Assembly: GCA_963768855.1 (NCBI GenBank)
Contig: CAVYJM010000018.1
Span: 111,626 to 175,625 of the forward strand
DNA length: 64,000 bases
Direction of reading: 5' to 3'
Source of the DNA: an uncultured Thermoplasmata archaeon
GTDB taxonomy: Archaea; Thermoplasmatota; Thermoplasmata; RBG-16-68-12
In this document: positions 57,619 through 64,000 of the stretch, in pieces
How positions within the stretch are numbered: position 1 is the stretch's first letter
Layout: each line of letters begins with the position of its first letter
Program-made: the position numbers and the translations under genes
Notes under the pieces: model-generated
Seen by the model: the letters and a program-made list of their open reading frames with translations, nothing else
Database searches by the model: none
What the model was told of the DNA's origin: nothing

Positions 57619-59736
57619 GTGCGACCGATGCAAGCCCTGTGCGTCTCCCGACGCCCGCCCCGTGCCCTGTACCTCGCGATTGCCATCGCCGTGGGAGCCG
57701 TCGCCGTAACCGCGGCATTCCTCCCCTCCGTGTTCCAGGGAGGGTTGTCCCACAACCCGATCTTCCTGCGGCTCCTCGGATTCGAGCCCGCATCGACCGG
57801 CGCGTCCCTGAGCGCTCAGAGCGTCGGGGACGCGCACACGGGGCGGATCATGCTTGCTTCGGCTGCCTTGCCCGGCGCCACCCCGGCGCCTCCCGCGGTG
57901 ACCGCACAGACGGCCCCGCCCACCGATGCACCCGCGAGCGCCGCCACCCTCCCCGCTTCCGAGGCGGACCGAAACCCGGATCCCCTCGGGACAACGAGCC
58001 CCGCCCTCCAGGAACTCAATGAGACGCGGGACAACCTCACCGCGAACCCACTTGACAGCCTCGGCTTCGGCGTCCTCCCTGCGGACGCGGGGAACGTGAC
58101 GGGCGCGCCCGACGTGGGCCACTTCGTCGATCCGTCTGTCAATGAGAGCGCGTGCACCTGGACGAAGGAGATCACCTCGAAGGACGCGGACCACGACGGC
58201 CACCCTGAATACGTCGAGATCAAGATGCTCGGGACCTGCACGGAGACCCGCGAGGGGACCGTGATCGCCACGGCGACGGTCGCTCGGGATGTGCAGGCCT
58301 GGGACAACGACTCGAGCGGCATTTTCAACGCGCTCGAAGCCCGCCAGGGCCTCGAAGCGAGCGCGGGCCCGCTCAACGGCACGTACCAGTACCACGCGCA
58401 GGCGACGTGGACCCTCACTGTGAAGGACGCGGATGAGGACCAGCAGCCCGAGGTCGCCTCCGTGACGTTCTCGGGCGAGCAGTCCTTCGACCGCAACGCG
58501 AACGGGAACCCGGAGTTCGTCCGCACGGTCACCGCGGATGTGGCGTACGTCCACAACGCGGGCGCCGACGTGCCGAACACGGCGGACGTGGCTCTGCGTG
58601 TCTACCAGACGTACGACCTCGAGGACGACGGCGGCAAGGAGTACCAGGGCGTCCTCGAGATCGCCGCGCACACAATTGACGCGAACCACGACGGACGCAA
58701 CGAGACCGCGAACGCTTCGATCACCGGATACGAGACGCTGGACCGCGACCTCGACGGCCGCCCGGAGCTGGCCCGCGGTGTCGAGCTCTCCCTCGACGCC
58801 TCGAACCCCGACTCCTTGCCGAACCCCACCCGGGCGGACTTCCGCATCTACCTGTACGGCTGGTCGGACCCCTCGGGCACGGGCGTTCTGGAGTACCGCA
58901 AGGCGCTCGAGCTGACGGGGCTCGCGACGGACGCGAACGGGGACGGCCACCCGGAGTTCGCGCAGCTGGCGATCCACGCGGCCGCGCTCCGCAACATGAG
59001 CGATGGCCAGCCGAACATGAATGCGACCCTCGACGGCACCTTCGCCGCATACGACAACGACTCGAACGGCATCGCCGAGAAGGCGACGCTTCACATGCAG
59101 GCGGAGGCCCTCGTCACGGAGAACGGAACGGTCGCCCACGCATACGCCACCCTGGACGCGCTCGTGCTGAACGAGATTCAGGATGCGAACCCGGAGCGGG
59201 TTGAGCTGCGCTTCATTGCCACGGAGACGATCGACCAGAACGGCGACGGGATGACGGACGAAACCCGCGGCCTGACCATCGACCTCCTCGCGGTCGATGC
59301 GAACTCGAACGGTCACGCGGAGTCCGCAAACCTGACCATCCACGCGACGGACGTGGCGGACCTGAATCACGATGGCATCGCGGAGTACCAGGCGTCCTTC
59401 GACCTGTACGCGCAGTCCACGGACCTGAACGATGACGGCCATCCAGACTACGTGAACGTCACGGCCCGCGGGTTTGTGGTCCAGCAGAGCGAGAACGGCA
59501 CTCCCGAGATGACCGCCTCCCTGAGCTACGAGACCCGTCTCGTCGACGCAGATTCGAATGGCGTCTTCGAGAACGCGACCGTCACGTTCCGCGCCGAGAA
59601 GATCGTCTATGGGCCGGACGGGACGATCGCGAGCCACGAATGGGTCGCGTACGACTACTCAGGGCAGGACGTGAACCAGGACGGCACGATGGACAACGTG
59701 ACCCTGTTGTTCGAGAAGCACATCGTCTCCACCTAA
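57619..59736 (+). CDS. Membrane-anchored exported protein with about 16 Dx[DN]x[DN]G repeats
   Basis: N-terminal TM, Ala/Pro/Thr linker, then DADHDG, DRNANG, DANHDG, DRDLDG, DANGDG, DQNGDG, DLNHDG, DLNDDG, DVNQDG etc. Confidence 0.85.
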   Translation: MRPMQALCVSRRPPRALYLAIAIAVGAVAVTAAFLPSVFQGGLSHNPIFLRLLGFEPASTGASLSAQSVGDAHTGRIMLASAALPGATPAPPAVTAQTAPPTDAPASAATLPASEADRNPDPLGTTSPALQELNETRDNLTANPLDSLGFGVLPADAGNVTGAPDVGHFVDPSVNESACTWTKEITSKDADHDGHPEYVEIKMLGTCTETREGTVIATATVARDVQAWDNDSSGIFNALEARQGLEASAGPLNGTYQYHAQATWTLTVKDADEDQQPEVASVTFSGEQSFDRNANGNPEFVRTVTADVAYVHNAGADVPNTADVALRVYQTYDLEDDGGKEYQGVLEIAAHTIDANHDGRNETANASITGYETLDRDLDGRPELARGVELSLDASNPDSLPNPTRADFRIYLYGWSDPSGTGVLEYRKALELTGLATDANGDGHPEFAQLAIHAAALRNMSDGQPNMNATLDGTFAAYDNDSNGIAEKATLHMQAEALVTENGTVAHAYATLDALVLNEIQDANPERVELRFIATETIDQNGDGMTDETRGLTIDLLAVDANSNGHAESANLTIHATDVADLNHDGIAEYQASFDLYAQSTDLNDDGHPDYVNVTARGFVVQQSENGTPEMTASLSYETRLVDADSNGVFENATVTFRAEKIVYGPDGTIASHEWVAYDYSGQDVNQDGTMDNVTLLFEKHIVST

Positions 59737-59763
59737 TCTGGTCCCGGAACAGTTCGGCCGAAC

Positions 59764-59804
59764 GGGGCCGCCTCACGGTCGGGTGTGGCCCCTTTTCTCC
59801 CTTT
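59764..59804 (+). terminator. Putative terminator hairpin with T/pyrimidine tract
   Basis: GGGGCC...GGCCCC followed by TTTTCTCCCTTT. Confidence 0.5.
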
Positions 59805-59844
59805 CGCCGATCAGGGGGACTTCGGCGTGGGCGCCGGGCCGAGT

Positions 59845-60627
59845 TCAGAGTTCGTCGACGTCTTCGGGTTTGAGCTCCTCGGGAGGCAGCTCTTCCGGTG
59901 TGGGCTCCTCGGGCTTCGGCTCCGCGGGTGCGGGAGCGGCCAGTTCGGCGGGGGGAACCTCGACGGGCACCTCCGCGGGCTTCTCCTCCGAGGCGGGCGC
60001 GGCGGCCATAATCGTCTCCGTGGAGATCTCGCCGGCGGCGGAGACCTCGGACTTGCGGACCTCGACGCGGGAGACCGGGTGGATCGGCTTGCAGCCCAGG
60101 GCGATCGTCTTGGCGAGCTCGCCCGAGATGATCCCCTTCACGAACTCGCCGACGGACTGCTTCGCGGCCGTGTCGGCGATGATCTTCGTCATGATCGCGC
60201 GGATCACCCGCTGCTTCGAGGACTGGATCCGGCGGTCCGTGATCGCCATGGGCTTCACGCGGATGCGCCAGTTGTCCTTCGTCTTCACGTCGACCGTGAG
60301 GTCCGTCCGCGTTCGCTTCCGGCGCGTCAGGCGGCGGATGTAGTCCGACGTCATGTCGTGCCCCACGAACTGGGTGAGCGCGTCCTGGCCCTGGACCTGG
60401 TTCACGCGGAAGAGGAGCTTGATGTGCATCTTGCTGAAGTCGCCCGTGAGGTCCTGGACCGTGACCTCCGCGATGCGGCCGATCAGCTTGTCCGGGGTGT
60501 CGGTCGGCGTCTCGCCGAGCAGCTGCTTGTTGAACATGTCGGGGGCGAGGAGGTTGTACCAGACCTTCGCCTTCCACTTGTCCTTAATCTTGCGCGCTGC
60601 CGCGCGGGACTTCTTCTCGGCCGGCAT
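59845..60627 (-). CDS. rps3ae: 30S ribosomal protein S3Ae (eS1) with acidic Pro-rich tail
   Basis: KDKWKAKVWY, GRIAEVTVQDLTGD, TQFVGHDMTSDYIRRL. Confidence 0.95.
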   Translation of the reverse strand: MPAEKKSRAAARKIKDKWKAKVWYNLLAPDMFNKQLLGETPTDTPDKLIGRIAEVTVQDLTGDFSKMHIKLLFRVNQVQGQDALTQFVGHDMTSDYIRRLTRRKRTRTDLTVDVKTKDNWRIRVKPMAITDRRIQSSKQRVIRAIMTKIIADTAAKQSVGEFVKGIISGELAKTIALGCKPIHPVSRVEVRKSEVSAAGEISTETIMAAAPASEEKPAEVPVEVPPAELAAPAPAEPKPEEPTPEELPPEELKPEDVDEL

Positions 60628-60648
60628 GGGTGAGCCGCTCGAAAGGGC

Positions 60649-60666
60649 GGGGGCTATTTAAGGCTT
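60649..60666 (-). promoter_or_regulatory. BRE/TATA promoter of rps3ae (AAGCCTTAAATAGCCCCC on the minus strand)
   Basis: About 25 nt upstream of the ATG; near-identical to the tRNA-Asp upstream motif AAAGCCTAATTAGCCCCC. Confidence 0.6.
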
Positions 60667-63018
60667 GCCCGGTGGGCTCGCGGGACGCGTCGGCGGCGGC
60701 TCTCCTTGAGCTCGTGTTCGCCTTCGCCGCAGGAGGAGGAACGCGACCGCGACGGCGGAGACGAAAACCGCGACGAGCACCGAAGCGATCACGAGCGGCG
60801 TGAACGTGTCCACGATCCGCACGGGCGAGGACCCCGCGACCGGGGCCCTCGCGGAGTTCCCCCAGGTGTCGTTTGCCACGACCACATACACGACCGTCCC
60901 CGTGCGCGGCTGCGCGGGAATCGTCGCCGTGAAGTTCGCCCCGTTGTCCTCGATTTGCATCGGGATGGAGCGGAACGGTCCACCGTCAACGCCTTGGTAC
61001 AGGAGGGTCACGTTCGCGATCGCGCTCGCGTCCGTGACGTTCGCGGTGATCGGGATGGGCTGGCCCACCTCCGCACTCGCGGGGGGCGCGGAACGGATGA
61101 CGGGCGGGAGGGCGTCGGGCTTCGGGAGAACGAGGATCGGGGTCGTCCAGTTGTCGGTGAGGCCCGCCGAATCCTTCACCTCGAGGCGGATCGAGTGGAC
61201 CCCGGTCGTTCCGAACACGTGGGTCGCGTCCTTCGTGGCCGTCCACGGGGTTCCCGCGTCGTCGTCCCAGAACCACCGCACCTGGAGGACTCCCAGTGGA
61301 TCCTCCAGATCCGACGAGAGGTTCGCGGTCACGTGGAAGGGGGTGATGGGATACCCCTCCGGGAACCCGACAAGGAACAGGGCCTCCGGGGGGACATCCG
61401 CGGTCACCGGCGGGGACATGAGCGGGTAGTGGTCGACCGCGTTCACGTCGAACATGTACGGCGTGTCCCCGATCCCGTCAGCGCCGGAGAGATTCTGCCC
61501 GACGCCCTGGAACACGTCGACGCCTCCGTAATTCCCCCACGAGTTCCCTCCGGCCGGATAGCCTCCATCCCAGGCGTCACGGCTCCCCTGTGCGTCGTAG
61601 GCGTTGTCGACCGATCCGCCGAAGAGGTTGTGGACGAACTCGACCCCGGATGAGGCCGAGAGGTTCGCGCCCGTCGTCGCGATGCCCAGGAGTGCGTTTT
61701 GCGCGAACGTCGCGTTCGTCACGTTTTCAAGACGCAGTCCCGCGGAGTCCTGGACAATGAGGTTCCCCGACACCTGGAAATCGCGAGATTCGGACACGTT
61801 GAGGCCGAGGACGCTCAGGCCCGCAAGGTTGTCGACGAGGCTCAGGTTCCCCGAGCCGCTGACGAAGATGGCGTTGCGGTGACGACGGATCACATTGCCC
61901 GTGACATTCACTCGGTCGGAGTCCCGGATGATCACGCCGTCGTTCGGATCCGCGTTGGCGAACGGGGCCGAGATCTTCGAGGCGGAGACCCGCACGTCGG
62001 TCGAGGCGTCGATTTCGATGCCGACCCCGGTGTTCAGGACCTGCACGTCCACGACCTGGACCGCAGAGGTTTGCAGGATCTCGACTCCGACGGCTGCGCC
62101 GGAAACGAGAACGCCCGGGCCCAGGACGGCATCGGTACCGAATGCGATCTCGACGCCGACGTCCCCTCCGGTCACGGTGAGGTTCGAGATGCGGACGTGG
62201 CGGCAGCCCGCCAGGAGGAGCTGCCCAAGGGTCATCTCGGCCAGGGTGAGCCCGCTGCAGTCCTTCTCGTACAGGATGGGGAGCCCCGCGACGAGGTTGT
62301 CCGGCGTGATCGTGTGGGAGTCGAAGAACGGCAAACTGTCGCCGGCGAGAACGACCCCGTTCGCGATGAAGCGGTTCGCGCGGACCACGTCACCCGTGGT
62401 GAAGCTCAGGTCGATCCCGCGGCCCGCTCCACTGAAGCCGTTGTAGAGGAAGTCATTGGCTTCCAGCGTGACGTTCGGGGATCCGGTGATCGCGACGCCG
62501 TCCCCCGAGTTCGCGGTGAAGCTCGTGCCGCGGACGATCCCATCCGCGGAGTTGATCAGGACGAGGCCGGCCAGGTTCGCCGTGAGGTTGCTCTCGACGA
62601 TCGAGAACGCATGGGATTCCTCGAACCGGATGCCCTCCCCCTCGTTCACATAGGCCGTCACGTTCGACAGGGTGACATTGGTCGCGTTGAAGAAGTAGAA
62701 CGCGTCGATGGGCGCATTCGAGACGGACACGTTCTCGAACACCGCATGGAGGCGGGTGTTCCGGACCTGCACGCCGAACGCAGGAGGCGACGTGATCGCC
62801 CAGTCCGCAATGAGATACGGGTCTGGGAGGGTCCCCTGGCCTCCCACGACCCCGTTGGACGAGGTGAAGCCGGCATCGCCCTCGATGTCGATGGGCAGGT
62901 GAGGCTGCAGGGAGCGGACGGTCGTCGCGGCGGGGGATGCGCGGGCAGGAGTCAACGGGAGGGCCAGCGAGGCGATCACGATCGTCATCGCGACCAGAAC
63001 AACCCGCGCGAGCCTCAA
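60658..63018 (-). CDS. Surface protein: NosD/right-handed beta-helix, PKD domain, C-terminal TM anchor
   Basis: HLPIDIEGD, GNSWGNYGG, DGIGDTPY, DHYPLM, WFWDDD; signal peptide after TTG 63018. Confidence 0.85.
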   Translation of the reverse strand: MRLARVVLVAMTIVIASLALPLTPARASPAATTVRSLQPHLPIDIEGDAGFTSSNGVVGGQGTLPDPYLIADWAITSPPAFGVQVRNTRLHAVFENVSVSNAPIDAFYFFNATNVTLSNVTAYVNEGEGIRFEESHAFSIVESNLTANLAGLVLINSADGIVRGTSFTANSGDGVAITGSPNVTLEANDFLYNGFSGAGRGIDLSFTTGDVVRANRFIANGVVLAGDSLPFFDSHTITPDNLVAGLPILYEKDCSGLTLAEMTLGQLLLAGCRHVRISNLTVTGGDVGVEIAFGTDAVLGPGVLVSGAAVGVEILQTSAVQVVDVQVLNTGVGIEIDASTDVRVSASKISAPFANADPNDGVIIRDSDRVNVTGNVIRRHRNAIFVSGSGNLSLVDNLAGLSVLGLNVSESRDFQVSGNLIVQDSAGLRLENVTNATFAQNALLGIATTGANLSASSGVEFVHNLFGGSVDNAYDAQGSRDAWDGGYPAGGNSWGNYGGVDVFQGVGQNLSGADGIGDTPYMFDVNAVDHYPLMSPPVTADVPPEALFLVGFPEGYPITPFHVTANLSSDLEDPLGVLQVRWFWDDDAGTPWTATKDATHVFGTTGVHSIRLEVKDSAGLTDNWTTPILVLPKPDALPPVIRSAPPASAEVGQPIPITANVTDASAIANVTLLYQGVDGGPFRSIPMQIEDNGANFTATIPAQPRTGTVVYVVVANDTWGNSARAPVAGSSPVRIVDTFTPLVIASVLVAVFVSAVAVAFLLLRRRRTRAQGEPPPTRPASPPGKP

Positions 63019-63080
63019 CCCCCGAGACCGGTCTCGATGTAGGGAAAGCGTCCATATTAGCCCTTGCCCAGAGAGTCGGT

Positions 63081-64000
63081 CTATCCCAATCCCGCGAGCT
63101 GGACGACGTAGATCCGATCCCCGACGGATCCCGCGACGTAGACGATCCGGTTCGCACTCAGGAACGCCGCCAACGCGGGGACGGACAGCACGACGTTCGG
63201 TTGCGGATGGATCTGCGCGCCGACCGTCGTCCACCGGTCCATGACGAGGGCGAAGGCAGGGCCCGAGACGGTCCGGTTTCCCTGAAGGACGAAGGGCAGG
63301 TTCGGATCCGTGGAGAGCCCGAACCACATTCGCCCGACGTCTGCGAGCCGCTGGTCCGTCGTGACGTTCCCCGCATGCAGGGAGGCGAGGACGGCGAGGG
63401 CCTGGTACTCGGAGGGTGTCGTGACGTTGTCCACGCCGAACACGGCCTGGGTGTTCCAGGCGATGGGCGTCGTGGCGAGCAGGATGCCGAGGAAGCCCGC
63501 GACCAGGAGGAGCCGCGCCGCGTCCCGCCGCCGCAGGCGCCGCCATACGAGCGCGAACCCCGCGCCGACGGCCACCGCGAGCCCGCAGTCCAGGAAGTCG
63601 AAGCTCCGATACACGAGGACCTGGCTCAGGCCGTCGAGTCCGCGGAGGAAGGCGAAGAGGATCAGCGCGACGGGAGCGATGCCCATCGCGATCACGAGGT
63701 CGGAGAAGCGGTTGGCCGTCCGCCGGAGGAGCTGGTATCCGAGGAACGCGAACGCGACGAGCGCGACGACGGCGACCATGATCGGCTCGAGGGCGGGTTG
63801 CGTCTCGAGCACGCCCGCGAAGAGGTCCATGCGGGCGTTGACCAGGAGCGCCGCGAACGCGACGACGGGCACGAACAGGATCGGGCCGGCCGGGCGCACG
63901 AGCCGCGCGCCGGTCCGGCACGGACGCCGGGCGGGTCATGTGGACCAGGAGGGCGGACAGCAGGAGGGTCACGCCGAGGAACAGGGCGAGCGCGTCCGGC
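63081..64000 (-). CDS. Multi-pass membrane protein, 5' end outside window, apparent frameshift near 63915
   Basis: Hydrophobic frame DALALFLGVTLLLSALLVH switches to GARLVRPAGPILFVP by one base. Confidence 0.6.

Noticed and set aside
57400-59637. 745-aa minus-strand ORF
   Set aside because: Antisense shadow of the Dx[DN]xDG repeat gene
59845-60010. Acidic Pro/Glu tail on eS1
   Set aside because: Low-complexity acidic tails on archaeal ribosomal proteins are common
60658-63972. Single 1104-aa fused ORF
   Set aside because: The middle ~290 aa are an out-of-frame reading of the neighbouring membrane gene; the NosD protein has its own signal peptide near 63018
1-64000. CRISPR array, rRNA or IS transposase
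   Set aside because: No regularly spaced repeats, rRNA-like segments or transposase motifs seen

Overview
GC-rich archaeal chromosome segment. Markers are FEN1, ribosomal eS1/S3Ae, an Sm protein, an intron-containing tRNA-Met and archaeal BRE/TATA-like promoters; the gene set is most compatible with a Thermoplasmatota-type host (inference). Most of 8.5-64 kb is housekeeping or metabolic: a MoxR/DUF58 cluster, tal/tkt/rpe, fen, a phosphohexomutase with NTP-transferase, an E. coli-type frdABCD, acs with a CoA-transferase-GNAT fusion and satP, an lsrF-like gene, and surface proteins. The main discovery candidate is a compact ~7.4 kb integrated element (996-8406) just upstream of tRNA-Asp. It is bounded by an 11-bp direct repeat (AATTAGGCTTT) that coincides with the tRNA promoter core rather than the tRNA gene. 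It encodes a tyrosine integrase, a histone-fold protein, an RHH regulator, a terminase large subunit with a fused N-terminal HTH and C-terminal Zn finger, a Rep_trans-like protein and antisense membrane cargo genes. No capsid, portal or tail gene is recognisable, so it is either a satellite-like element or an internally deleted provirus. Other oddities are a 2,384-aa helical giant protein ending in an IleRS C-terminal module and an exported protein made of about 16 Dx[DN]x[DN]G-linked beta strands. All family calls come from motif recognition by eye; no database searches were run.
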